Part shown: piece by piece, positions 18,143 to 26,649 of the stretch
How the letters are laid out: each line of letters opens with the position of its first letter
Position numbering within the stretch: the stretch's first letter is position 1
DNA from: Anaerolineales bacterium
Lineage (GTDB): Bacteria > Chloroflexota > Anaerolineae > Anaerolineales > E44-bin32
NCBI GenBank assembly: GCA_041821665.1
Contig: JBGUDT010000004.1
Coordinates: forward strand, 1 to 61,234
Length of the DNA stretch: 61,234 nt
Reading direction: 5' to 3'
The notes under the pieces: generated by a model
Seen by the model: the letters and a program-made list of their open reading frames with translations, nothing else
Told to the model about the DNA's origin: nothing
Databases searched by the model: none
Position numbers and translations under genes: made by a program

Positions 18143-18177
18143 CCTCCCGAAGGTTCCAAACCTGCGGGAGGTTTTCT
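18143..18177 (+). terminator. Intrinsic terminator-like hairpin in convergent spacer
   Basis: CCTCCCG-AAGGTT-cca-AACCT-G-CGGGAGG (about 12 bp with two bulges) followed by TTTTCT. About 110 nt after the MBL gene stop. Confidence 0.55.
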
Positions 18178-18401
18178 ACCTGCAGCGGGTTCAGACGGCA
18201 AAGCGCGGACTACGTCCCCGACGGGAGGGGAGCTATCTGACCGCATAAAATGAGGGGCGTGTAAGATCGGACCTGGATCGTTTGACTGGAGAATATTCAG
18301 GCATTAGCCGGATGGCGTGGATTATGTGGCTTCAGTAAATCTGAGCTTCCAAGGCTGGTTAACGTCACCTTTCCACAGGATTAAAAGGAGGATCGCTTCT
18401 A

Positions 18402-18605
18402 TTACGATTCTTCCGGTCGCACTGTCGCATGTAGATAGTGAAAATCACCTCTTGCCGGAACGAGATCGATCACTTCCACCACCGTGAATTCCATATCTCC
18501 AAGCTGAATGGTCTCACCCTTTTTAGGTGGATTTTCGGTATTCATGATAGCCCCGGGATGATCCTCACCAGATACTACATAGCTGATCTTATAAATCGAT
18601 GACAT
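18402..18605 (-). CDS. Small hypothetical protein (67 aa)
   Basis: ORF only. Sits 9 nt downstream of the cNMP-binding gene on the same strand. No recognisable motif. Confidence 0.45.
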   Translation of the reverse strand: MSSIYKISYVVSGEDHPGAIMNTENPPKKGETIQLGDMEFTVVEVIDLVPARGDFHYLHATVRPEES

Positions 18606-18614
18606 CAGGTTCCC

Positions 18615-19061
18615 TCATCTTCCAGTGAGATTCTGATGACGAAGCTTGAACGATAGGTCTGCAGCAATATTCCGCATCACGGTAAAACCAAAGTGGAGGT
18701 TCTCTTTGCATAGTCTTTCAAAGTCATCTCGATGTATGACGAGGAGGTCAGTCGCATCTGATGCTGCCTGAATCGTGGCTGACCTCGGGCCATGATCGAC
18801 AAGCGCCATCTCACCAAATATCTGACCTTCTCCGAGGTGTACTACGGTTCGCGGCTCAAGGTCGGCTGAAGGATGACTGCGGATGACCTCGACAAAACCC
18901 TTACACACGACATATAGTGCCTCTCCCTCCTCGCCCTGCCGGGTAATAACTTCACCTTTGTTGAAGGTTTGATCTCGGCATACTTTCGCGAGCGATGTCA
19001 GCTCATCGGGGGTGGCACCCTCGAATAGTTCTACTGATCCGAGAATGTCTGTAAAACCCAT
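18615..19061 (-). CDS. Stand-alone cyclic-nucleotide-binding domain protein (no output domain)
   Basis: FEGATPDEL ... GEEGEALYVVCKGFVEV ... FGEMALVDHGPRSATIQA (phosphate-binding cassette). Ends after the C-helix at 148 aa with no HTH. Confidence 0.85.
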   Translation of the reverse strand: MGFTDILGSVELFEGATPDELTSLAKVCRDQTFNKGEVITRQGEEGEALYVVCKGFVEVIRSHPSADLEPRTVVHLGEGQIFGEMALVDHGPRSATIQAASDATDLLVIHRDDFERLCKENLHFGFTVMRNIAADLSFKLRHQNLTGR

Positions 19062-19271
19062 GCCGTCCTCCTAGTCCATCGATACCATAGAAGTTGTCAC
19101 ATCGACTGTGTAAATTGTACAGCAGGATTTCTTCTCCTCCAACCTGTCCCGAGCATAGAAGCCTAAAGCTAGGAAATTTATGTAAAATATGGGAGGATAG
19201 GGTTAAATTCTGATCAACGAAATATGTTAATCCCAATATACTTGTGGATGAATGTGGCTGCGGGATCGCTG

Positions 19272-19280
19272 TGGTAGAAT
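19272..19280 (+). promoter_or_regulatory. Possible extended -10 (TGgTAGAAT) for hsp20
   Basis: TGGTAGAAT about 39 nt upstream of ATG 19319. No convincing -35. Confidence 0.3.
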
Positions 19281-19318
19281 GAATCCGAGATTTACCATTC
19301 CAAGCGGAATTTATAAAC

Positions 19319-19747
19319 ATGAGTGTTAAGCATTTCAAGATGCATGAAGGAAGCATCAAATTTAGCGCGGAGGATGACCCCTGGCAGGGGGATTCTGTCC
19401 GGGGCATCGGATGGAATTTTGTCCATAAAACACATACCTGGCGCCCGCCTACGGATGTGCTCGAAACCGATGAATCCTTTGTTGTAGTGGTTGAACTCGC
19501 AGGCATGCGGGGAGTGGAAATATCTGTCACTTTTGAGCGGCAAACCCTTTCAATAAATGGCAGCAGGTCGGATAAGAACATTCGAAATACCTATCATCAA
19601 ATTGAGATCGACTATGGAGAGTTTGCTGGCAGTGTACAAATCCCCGCTCCAGTAGATGTTGATCACATCGAAGCGACGTATGCAGATGGTTTTTTGCGCA
19701 TCAACCTACCAAAAGCGTCTCCCAAAAGCGTCTCAATTGATGAGTAG
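19319..19747 (+). CDS. Hsp20/alpha-crystallin family small heat-shock protein
   Basis: WRPPTDVLETDESFVVVVELAGM ... YGEFAGSVQIPAPVDVDHIEATYADGFLRINLPK. Confidence 0.9.
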   Translation: MSVKHFKMHEGSIKFSAEDDPWQGDSVRGIGWNFVHKTHTWRPPTDVLETDESFVVVVELAGMRGVEISVTFERQTLSINGSRSDKNIRNTYHQIEIDYGEFAGSVQIPAPVDVDHIEATYADGFLRINLPKASPKSVSIDE

Positions 19748-19847
19748 GATGGACGCGAACGCTATTCCTGCACAGGTCCTTCCCATCTCGTGTGAAATGG
19801 AGTGTGTGTAGCTCAAGCTTCGTGCCATGGTGGATACTGAGGTCTAA

Positions 19848-22406
19848 ATGGAAGAGTCATCTTCAAAAATCAAAGTTCAAAATGACCAGACGGATGAGCA
19901 GGTTGCCTCTGACTCCGTGATGGTGGACGAGTTATTCGAAATCCCGGAAGATCTCCCCATACTCCCGCTCCGAGGAGTCGTCGTATACCCACATACGGCA
20001 ACGCCTCTGACCATAGGACAGGCAAGATCAATACAACTTGTAGATTATGTCTCTGCAAGCCATCGCCTCATCGGTCTCGTAGCTTCCCGCCATCCAGAGC
20101 TTGAGTTGCCTGGACCAGAAGATCTTTTCGAATTCGGCACAGTTGCATCCATACAACGGCTGTTCCGTGCTCCTGACGGAACTATACGTTTGATAGCACG
20201 TGGATTGTCACGTTTCAGATTGGGTGAATTCGTTGCGACTGAGCCGTACCTACAAGCTGTCATACACCCGGAAAGCGAGGTCGTAGAAGAGGGTGTGGAA
20301 GTTGAAGCCCAGGTCCGTGCAGTCAAGGATTTTTTCCAGCAAATTGCCGATTTAGGGCCAACACTGCCCAGGGAAATTGTGGGGAGCGTCCTCCTGTTGG
20401 AAGATCCATTGCATGTCACATATACCATCGCCAATTACCAGCGTATGGAGCTGGAAAACGCCCAGAAAATACTGGAATTCGATTCAACCATTGAGAAGCT
20501 CAAGCTGTTGAACAATCTCCTCAGTAGAGAAGTCGAAGTACTCTCACTCGGCCAGAAAATCCAGCAAGAAGCCAGGACCGAAATAGAAAAAGTTCAGCGA
20601 GAGTACTTCCTCAGGGAGCAGTTGAAGGCTATCCAGCGAGAACTCGGTGAAGCCGATGAACAGGTCGTTGAAGTAGAAGAATTCCGTCAGAAGATCGACA
20701 GCGCGGGGATGCCCGAAGAAGCTGAAAAACAGGCCCGGAGAGAGTTGGATCGATTGGCCAAGCTCCCAAGCGCAGCTGCGGAATACGGGGTTATTCGAAC
20801 CTACCTCGATTGGTTGGCGTCCGTACCATGGTCGCAAGCAACACATGATCGACTGGACCTGGGATATGCTCGTGAGGTCCTCGATGAAGATCACTATGGG
20901 TTGGAGGATGTCAAAGAAAGGATTCTCGAATATCTTGCCGTCCGCAAACTTAAATCCGATCGCGGTGACAATACCCAGGATGAGGATATCGATGAGATTC
21001 GAAAAACGCGCGAAGGCGTCATCCTCTGTTTTGTGGGTCCCCCGGGTGTAGGAAAAACATCATTGGGGCGTTCGATTGCCCGTGCGATGGATAGGAAGTT
21101 CATTCGCATTTCGCTTGGCGGGGTGCACGACGAGGCAGAGATTCGTGGACACCGTCGAACCTATATCGGGGCGATGCCCGGAAGGATCCTTCAGGCACTC
21201 CGTCGGGTCGAGAGCCGAAATCCCGTATTCATGCTCGACGAGATCGATAAAATGGGTCAGGATTTTCGTGGTGATCCTGCCTCGGCTCTTCTAGAGGTCC
21301 TTGATCCTGAGCAAAACAGGGAGTTCCGTGACCATTACCTGGAGGTTGCATTTGACCTATCTCAGGTGATGTTCATCACAACGGCGAACTGGTTGGATAC
21401 GATCCCTGAGCCGCTCCTGGATCGCATGGAAATCATCCGCCTTTCGGGCTACACAGAGAAAGAGAAAGTTGAAATAGCACGCGGATATCTTATCCCAAGA
21501 CAGATTCGAGAAAATGGCTTGACTAAGGATGAGGTCAAATTCACTGATGACGGCCTGGAGACGATTGTGCGTTCATACACGCGGGAAGCTGGTGTCAGGA
21601 ATCTCGAACGTGAAATTGGCCAGATCTGCAGAAAAGTTGCTGCCCGGGTTGCAGAGGGCAAGGTTGTATCCCAAAAAATCACGCCGAAAGAAGTTCGCAA
21701 ATTTCTGAAGAAGCCTAAATTCTTCGGACCGGAGGAGCTGATAGAGAGGACCTCAATTCCTGGCGTTGCCACAGGGCTTGCCTATACATCGACAGGGGGG
21801 GATGTGCTTTTCATCGAAGCTACTGCGATGCCAGGGAACAAACAATTCTTGCTTACGGGCTCACTCGGTCAGGTGATGCAGGAATCGGCACGGGCGGCTT
21901 TATCCTATGTCCGTGGTATTTCGAAGGATTTCAATGTGCCAGATGATTTCTGGGACACGCATGACATCCACCTCCATGTGCCGGCTGGTGCACAACCAAA
22001 GGATGGTCCTTCTGCAGGTGTCACCATGGCTGTGGCACTGACTTCACTTGCCTCGGGTCGACCTGTTCGACCGGATGTAAGTATGACGGGAGAATTAACT
22101 CTTCGGGGCAAGGTGCTTCCGATCGGGGGTGTGAAGGAGAAGGTCCTGGCAGCGCATCGAATTGGGCTGAAGACTGTGCTCCTTCCAACACGCAACCAGG
22201 TTGACCTGGAGGATATTCCTGACGAGGTTCGTGAGGAGATCCAATTTGTGTTTACAGATTCGGTTCGGGATGCCATCGATGCCGCACTAATGCCCGTGGA
22301 TAAAAAGAAGTTTAAGAAATCAAAGAAGAAGCAAAACGGGGGCAAATCCGCTTCTTCGACCGGGGATAAAAAGACCACGAGATCATCATCGGGTGCTGGG
22401 AAATGA
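19848..22406 (+). CDS. lon: ATP-dependent Lon protease (LonA type) with Lys-rich C-terminal tail
   Basis: LON N-domain (LPILPLRGVVVYPH), Walker A GPPGVGKTS, Walker B FMLDEIDK, protease site PKDGPSAGV with a downstream Lys. Tail is DKKKFKKSKKKQNGGKSASSTGDKKTTRSSSGAGK. Confidence 0.93.
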   Translation: MEESSSKIKVQNDQTDEQVASDSVMVDELFEIPEDLPILPLRGVVVYPHTATPLTIGQARSIQLVDYVSASHRLIGLVASRHPELELPGPEDLFEFGTVASIQRLFRAPDGTIRLIARGLSRFRLGEFVATEPYLQAVIHPESEVVEEGVEVEAQVRAVKDFFQQIADLGPTLPREIVGSVLLLEDPLHVTYTIANYQRMELENAQKILEFDSTIEKLKLLNNLLSREVEVLSLGQKIQQEARTEIEKVQREYFLREQLKAIQRELGEADEQVVEVEEFRQKIDSAGMPEEAEKQARRELDRLAKLPSAAAEYGVIRTYLDWLASVPWSQATHDRLDLGYAREVLDEDHYGLEDVKERILEYLAVRKLKSDRGDNTQDEDIDEIRKTREGVILCFVGPPGVGKTSLGRSIARAMDRKFIRISLGGVHDEAEIRGHRRTYIGAMPGRILQALRRVESRNPVFMLDEIDKMGQDFRGDPASALLEVLDPEQNREFRDHYLEVAFDLSQVMFITTANWLDTIPEPLLDRMEIIRLSGYTEKEKVEIARGYLIPRQIRENGLTKDEVKFTDDGLETIVRSYTREAGVRNLEREIGQICRKVAARVAEGKVVSQKITPKEVRKFLKKPKFFGPEELIERTSIPGVATGLAYTSTGGDVLFIEATAMPGNKQFLLTGSLGQVMQESARAALSYVRGISKDFNVPDDFWDTHDIHLHVPAGAQPKDGPSAGVTMAVALTSLASGRPVRPDVSMTGELTLRGKVLPIGGVKEKVLAAHRIGLKTVLLPTRNQVDLEDIPDEVREEIQFVFTDSVRDAIDAALMPVDKKKFKKSKKKQNGGKSASSTGDKKTTRSSSGAGK

Positions 22407-22816
22407 CAGCTGATCCTGGAAAGCCCCCCACGGTTAAGGTTTTCGTCATCGATGACGATCCAACGATGGTGACGCTTCTGCACACGTTGCTTGAATTGGA
22501 GGGCTATCAAGTCGCAACTGCGGAAGATTGGGCCGATATCGCGGGAGCTGCGATGAAGGCGAATCCAGATGTCGTGCTCATGGATTATTTCCTCCCTGGG
22601 ACGGATGGAGGAAAAGTTCTGATGGCGCTGCGCAGCACGCCGGGGTATGAGCACATCAGCATCATCATGACATCCGGGATGGATCGTGAGGATGAATGCT
22701 TGGAAGCGGGCGCTGACGCATTCTTGTTGAAACCGTATTCGCCCGATCATTTACTCGAGACGATACGAGATTTATCACGTATCGATGGAAAAAATAATTC
22801 GCCTGAGAAGGCGTGA
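22403..22816 (+). CDS. Single-domain response regulator (CheY-like receiver)
   Basis: ATGA overlap with the lon stop. VFVIDDD, acceptor VLMDYFLPG, MTSG, LLKPY. Confidence 0.88.
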   Translation: MTADPGKPPTVKVFVIDDDPTMVTLLHTLLELEGYQVATAEDWADIAGAAMKANPDVVLMDYFLPGTDGGKVLMALRSTPGYEHISIIMTSGMDREDECLEAGADAFLLKPYSPDHLLETIRDLSRIDGKNNSPEKA

Positions 22817-24551
22817 AAGGTTTGAAATAATTGTGGCAAGGAATACAGGAAAAGGATCGTCACGAAAGTGGCACTTAATGGATTTACATATGCACACTCC
22901 GGCATCCAGTGATTATCAGGAGCCGGATGTGACCTATTTGGATGTCCTGCAGAGATGTGAAGAGCGTAATCTCGATATTGTCGCGTTTACCGATCACAAC
23001 ACAATTGCGGGCTATCGCATAATGCATGAAGAAGTGGAACAACTCGAGCTCCTTAAAAAACTCGAAAGGCTCACCGACTCTGAAAAAGAACGATTGACCG
23101 AGTATCGGAGACTTTTTGAGAAGTTGCTCGTCCTACCTGGGTTTGAGTTTACTGCAACTCTTGGGTTCCATATACTAGGGATATTCCCGGAGGATAAATC
23201 TGCGAGAGAAATAGAGCATCTCCTTCTGAATTTAAATATCCCTGGAGAAGAGCTTGATAAAGGCTCGTCAACAGTTGGAGCTAGCGCAGATGTGCTTACG
23301 GCCTACCGCATCATTAACGAAGCCGGGGGTTTGGCTATTGCTGCACATGCGAACTCCACAAACGGCGTCGCCATGAGAGGCTACGGCTTTGGTGGGCAAA
23401 CAAAGATTGCTTATACGCAAGATGCACATTTGCATGCTATCGAAGTTACCGACCTGGGTCAGAAGGGAAGACGCTCAACCGCAGCTTTTTTCAATGGGAC
23501 CAAGCCTGAATATCCTCGACGGATGCACATCATACAGGGCTCGGATGCACATCGGCTCCGTGTAGATTCGAAAAATAAGAAGAACCTGGGGATCGGGGAT
23601 CGAGCAACGAGCGTTCTTCTTGCGGATGTCTCTTTCGAGGCGTTGATGGAACTGTTTCAGAGTAATGACTTTGCTCGAACTCGCCCACACTGGCCAACTG
23701 CCAAAGATGAGTTCGATTTTGTAGACCAGGCACGCGAGGATGGACCTACGATCAACCAGGACTTTCATGAGAGCATGACGGTTCGTGGAGGGCACCTATA
23801 TGAGATCATCGCCGATGTATGCGCATTTGCGAACACGAACGGCGGCACACTCCATATTGGTGTCGCTGGCGACAAGAAGAAAGCACCTGTGGGTATTTCC
23901 AATCCCTCAGCCTCGATCCAGGCGCTTCAGCGAGAGCTTAGCAGCAGAATAAGCCCTCACCTTCAGTGTCAGGTCGATACGCAGGAGACGCGAGGCAAGA
24001 AAGTGATTCGTGTGCTTGTACCGCGTGGTGAAGACACGCCTTATGCAGTAGACGACAACAAGATTTACGTACGGAGCGAAGGCGAGACAGGTCTGGCGGT
24101 CCGAGACGAGATCGTCCAACTCATCTCGCGGGATAAGAAAGAGCCTGAGGAACAAGCTGTCCCTCAGGTGGTTGAGCCAGCTGCCACATCTGGCGTGAAT
24201 GCGCCGAGAACTGGTGTTGAGATTGTGCGTCATGAAGAGCGGAATGGCGTGCGATATTATACGGTGCGTGATCTCCGCAATGGCAATATGGTTAAAAATG
24301 TGACCAAATCATCCGCACGCCGATTGTGGCACTACGCAATTTCAGAATACTCCGGCCTACCTGAAGATCTAGAAAAAGCGTCCATCTCATGGCAGGGCGA
24401 TTTGGGCGTTATCAAGGAAAGCCGTAGGTGGGGGAAGGTGCGCTATGACCTGGCTCAAAAAACAAAGGATGGAATTCGGGTATATTTCGGCGTTACCGAA
24501 GATGGGATTCATGGTGAATGGAAGCAGCTTGTTGGTAACGAGGCCGAATAA
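22785..24551 (+). CDS. PHP-domain phosphoesterase fused to AlbA_2/Schlafen-like putative DNA-binding domain plus unknown C-terminal domain
   Basis: DLHMHTPASSDY ... AFTDHNT ... AAHANS ... GSDAH (PHP metal ligands). Central HLYEIIADVCAFANTNGGTLHIGV (AlbA_2-like). Overlaps the receiver gene by 32 nt. Alternative start at 22878. Confidence 0.65.
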   Translation: MEKIIRLRRRERFEIIVARNTGKGSSRKWHLMDLHMHTPASSDYQEPDVTYLDVLQRCEERNLDIVAFTDHNTIAGYRIMHEEVEQLELLKKLERLTDSEKERLTEYRRLFEKLLVLPGFEFTATLGFHILGIFPEDKSAREIEHLLLNLNIPGEELDKGSSTVGASADVLTAYRIINEAGGLAIAAHANSTNGVAMRGYGFGGQTKIAYTQDAHLHAIEVTDLGQKGRRSTAAFFNGTKPEYPRRMHIIQGSDAHRLRVDSKNKKNLGIGDRATSVLLADVSFEALMELFQSNDFARTRPHWPTAKDEFDFVDQAREDGPTINQDFHESMTVRGGHLYEIIADVCAFANTNGGTLHIGVAGDKKKAPVGISNPSASIQALQRELSSRISPHLQCQVDTQETRGKKVIRVLVPRGEDTPYAVDDNKIYVRSEGETGLAVRDEIVQLISRDKKEPEEQAVPQVVEPAATSGVNAPRTGVEIVRHEERNGVRYYTVRDLRNGNMVKNVTKSSARRLWHYAISEYSGLPEDLEKASISWQGDLGVIKESRRWGKVRYDLAQKTKDGIRVYFGVTEDGIHGEWKQLVGNEAE

Positions 24552-24673
24552 GCGAAAAAAAGACCTTCTAGTATCTTTGTAAATCTTGAAAGTATAGGTA
24601 TGCTAATGCCCTGGTTGGAATGGACGTAACCGGGGCATTAGGTTTATACATAGGATCCGCACACGGAACATAC

Positions 24674-25093
24674 ATGCAAATTCGAGAAATTAACTTAGAG
24701 CTGGATTATGACATTGTTCGGGCATTATGGCGAGAAGCTGGATCAGGGATACAGCTTTCTCCATCCGACGAGCAGGGGGAAATTAGCAAGAAACTTAATC
24801 GTGACCCCGATCTTTTCCTGGTTGCGGAGGAAGGAAAGTGGATTGTGGGGGCGGTACTCGGGGGTTTTGATGGCCGCAGAGGGATGGTCTATCATCTCGC
24901 CGTACAACCCGAATATCGAGAGCGCGGGATTGGCAGGGCGCTAATGGATGAATTAGAGCATCGTTTGCGTGCTAAAGGATGCTTGAAGTACTATCTGCTC
25001 GTGACCAAAGACAACCAGGAGGCGCTGGCATTTTATCGACAAATGGGTTGTGACGAAATGGAACTGCTCGTGATGGGAAAGAAGTTGTCATGA
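24674..25093 (+). CDS. GNAT family N-acetyltransferase
   Basis: HLAVQPEYRERGIGRALMDELE. Trimmed to MQIREINLELDYD. Confidence 0.8.
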   Translation: MQIREINLELDYDIVRALWREAGSGIQLSPSDEQGEISKKLNRDPDLFLVAEEGKWIVGAVLGGFDGRRGMVYHLAVQPEYRERGIGRALMDELEHRLRAKGCLKYYLLVTKDNQEALAFYRQMGCDEMELLVMGKKLS

Positions 25094-25596
25094 ACGTAGC
25101 CATCCTCACTGTATCGGATCGATCCGCTGCCGGGGATCGAGAAGATGTCTCCGGTCTGCTGATAAAGGAGAGAATCGAGGCGCATGGCTGGCAAGTTCAG
25201 TTTTATTCCATCGTTCCGGATGAGGGGTCAGAAATCGAGAAATATCTCATCCAGTGGAGTGACTCTGGAGAAGTCGACCTTATCCTGACAACGGGAGGGA
25301 CCGGTTTTTCACCCAGAGATATCACACCAGAATCTACCCTATCGGTGATTGAGCGAAATGTTCCAGGAATTCCGGAGGTTTTGCGTCAGGAGGGCTTGAA
25401 GAAGACGCCGCATGCGATGCTCTCGCGTGCTGTTGCCGGGATCCGCGGGAAAACCATAATCGTCAACCTGCCTGGTAACCCGAAGGCGGTGAAGGAATCG
25501 CTGCCTGTCCTCCTGCCTGTGATTCCACACGCAATCAAGCTGCTAGCCGGCGACCCGGATTCTCACGAGCTGCCCCGGAATATGCCCACAACTTGA
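25090..25596 (+). CDS. mog: Molybdopterin adenylyltransferase MogA/MoaB family
   Basis: ILTVSDR, LILTTGGTGFSPRDITPE, VNLPGNPKAV. ATGA overlap with the GNAT gene. Confidence 0.88.
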   Translation: MNVAILTVSDRSAAGDREDVSGLLIKERIEAHGWQVQFYSIVPDEGSEIEKYLIQWSDSGEVDLILTTGGTGFSPRDITPESTLSVIERNVPGIPEVLRQEGLKKTPHAMLSRAVAGIRGKTIIVNLPGNPKAVKESLPVLLPVIPHAIKLLAGDPDSHELPRNMPTT

Positions 25597-25613
25597 AATC
25601 TGAGGAGCAATTG

Positions 25614-25703
25614 ATGAAATCAACCTCGCGATATCGGTGGTTTGTCTTCGCAATATTTTTTGTGATCGTGCTGCTCCATCAATCCGATGTGGCTTATCTT
25701 TAA
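25614..25703 (+). CDS. 29-aa single-TM micro-ORF, possibly the orphaned 5' end of a transporter gene
   Basis: GAGGAG Shine-Dalgarno sequence 6 nt upstream of the ATG. Encodes MKSTSRYRWFVFAIFFVIVLLHQSDVAYL. Resembles an MFS N-terminus by eye but stops after 29 codons. Confidence 0.3.
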   Translation: MKSTSRYRWFVFAIFFVIVLLHQSDVAYL

Positions 25704-26028
25704 CTCTCATGACAGCCTGAGATTCTTGCGTAAGGCGTCTGCGGATTTCCCAAAAGAGCTGCCAGTTTATTTCAGCAACCTGGTCAGGCTCTCTCGGACG
25801 CCCGATATGGCTTCATATGATGATTGGGCGCATGCGTTCGAAGGGTTTAACTGGAAAAACATCGGGGCGAGTGAAGAACGCTATCCTGAGGATCTGGTCT
25901 CACTCTGGAAGTGGTCGGATCGCCTCGATGGATACATCGATCCACTCCCCGTGGATCGGTTCGATCCCTACCCTCTTGAAGATTTTCTTCGTCACACAGC
26001 CCAGATCGACGGCCACTCCGGGTTCTAA
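25687..26028 (+). CDS. Hypothetical acidic, Trp-rich protein (uncertain)
   Basis: ORF only. No motif recognised. The start is uncertain (an internal Met at MASYDDW is possible). Confidence 0.3.
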   Translation: MWLIFNSHDSLRFLRKASADFPKELPVYFSNLVRLSRTPDMASYDDWAHAFEGFNWKNIGASEERYPEDLVSLWKWSDRLDGYIDPLPVDRFDPYPLEDFLRHTAQIDGHSGF

Positions 26029-26044
26029 GGTTCCATCCGATGTA

Positions 26045-26073
26045 TTGACAAGCGTGAAGGGGCGAGCTAGAAT
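26045..26073 (+). promoter_or_regulatory. Sigma-70-type promoter of csoR-copZ-copA (TTGACA-17-TAGAAT)
   Basis: TTGACA at 26045..26050, a 17-nt spacer, TAGAAT at 26068..26073. Confidence 0.7.
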
Positions 26074-26074
26074 A

Positions 26075-26106
26075 CTTATACCCACCCCCCGTGGGGGGGG
26101 TATAAG
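26075..26106. promoter_or_regulatory. CsoR-type operator (G/C-tract inverted repeat)
   Basis: CTTATACCCACCCCCC-GT-GGGGGGGGTATAAG is a near-perfect 32-nt palindrome. It sits immediately after the -10, overlaps the expected transcription start, and lies 7 nt upstream of csoR. Confidence 0.75.
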
Positions 26107-26112
26107 GCAAGG

Positions 26113-26391
26113 ATGGGAAAGATGGACAAGGAAGGGATACTCCAGAGGTTAAAAACCGTTGAAGGTCATATCCGGGGCATCGAACGCATGGTTGAGAATG
26201 ATACCTACTGCATCGATGTCCTTCGGCAGATACAGGCGGTTCAGGGGGCTTTAAACAAGGTGGGGAACCAAATTCTCGACGACCATCTTCACTCCTGCGT
26301 GATTACCGCGGTTCAAGGGGAGGATGTAGGGGAACGTGAAAGAGTGCTTGAAGAATTAACGGAAGTATTCGACATGGCATCAAAAGTCTGA
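26113..26391 (+). CDS. csoR: CsoR family copper-sensing transcriptional repressor
   Basis: RLKTVEGHIRGIERMVENDTYCIDVLRQI ... HLHSCV provides the Cys-His-Cys Cu(I) ligand pattern. Confidence 0.9.
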   Translation: MGKMDKEGILQRLKTVEGHIRGIERMVENDTYCIDVLRQIQAVQGALNKVGNQILDDHLHSCVITAVQGEDVGERERVLEELTEVFDMASKV

Positions 26392-26413
26392 AAGACAAAT
26401 AGGAGGATCTACT

Positions 26414-26620
26414 ATGACAACTGTAACCTACGATGTTCCAAATATCTCTTGCGGGCACTGCGTCCATACCATCAAGATGGAACTGTCTGAATTGGATGGC
26501 GTGGCGAAAGTGGAAGCCTCGGAAAGCGATCAGCGCGTCGTGGTTGATTTTGAGCCACCAGCGACAGAGGATCAATTGGTAGCGGTCTTGAAAGAAATCA
26601 ACTACCCACCAGCGGCATAA
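26414..26620 (+). CDS. copZ: Copper chaperone CopZ (HMA domain)
   Basis: 68 aa with [13 protein letters not shown] (CxxC) and a ferredoxin-like fold pattern. Confidence 0.85.
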   Translation: MTTVTYDVPNISCGHCVHTIKMELSELDGVAKVEASESDQRVVVDFEPPATEDQLVAVLKEINYPPAA

Positions 26621-26649
26621 TCAGCCGTAATCCCAGGATTTACAAACCT

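Noticed and set aside
19107-19121. CRP/FNR-like half-site pair TGTGT-AAATT-GTACA upstream of the cNMP-binding gene
   Set aside because: The dyad is imperfect and the spacing is wrong for TGTGA-N6-TCACA. The adjacent cNMP protein has no DNA-binding domain.
19848-22406. Lon as a BREX BrxL-like defence protease
   Set aside because: It has the full LonA architecture (N-domain, AAA+, S16 protease) and sits next to hsp20. No PglX, PglZ or BrxC-type genes are present.
21905-22750. 281-aa ORF antisense to the lon 3' end and the receiver gene
   Set aside because: It overlaps two strongly supported genes on the opposite strand, and no domain signature was seen.
25817-26152. 111-aa ORF running across the cop promoter and operator
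   Set aside because: It reads through the TTGACA/TAGAAT promoter and the G-tract palindrome. Its basic, low-complexity sequence is incompatible with the clear regulatory layout.
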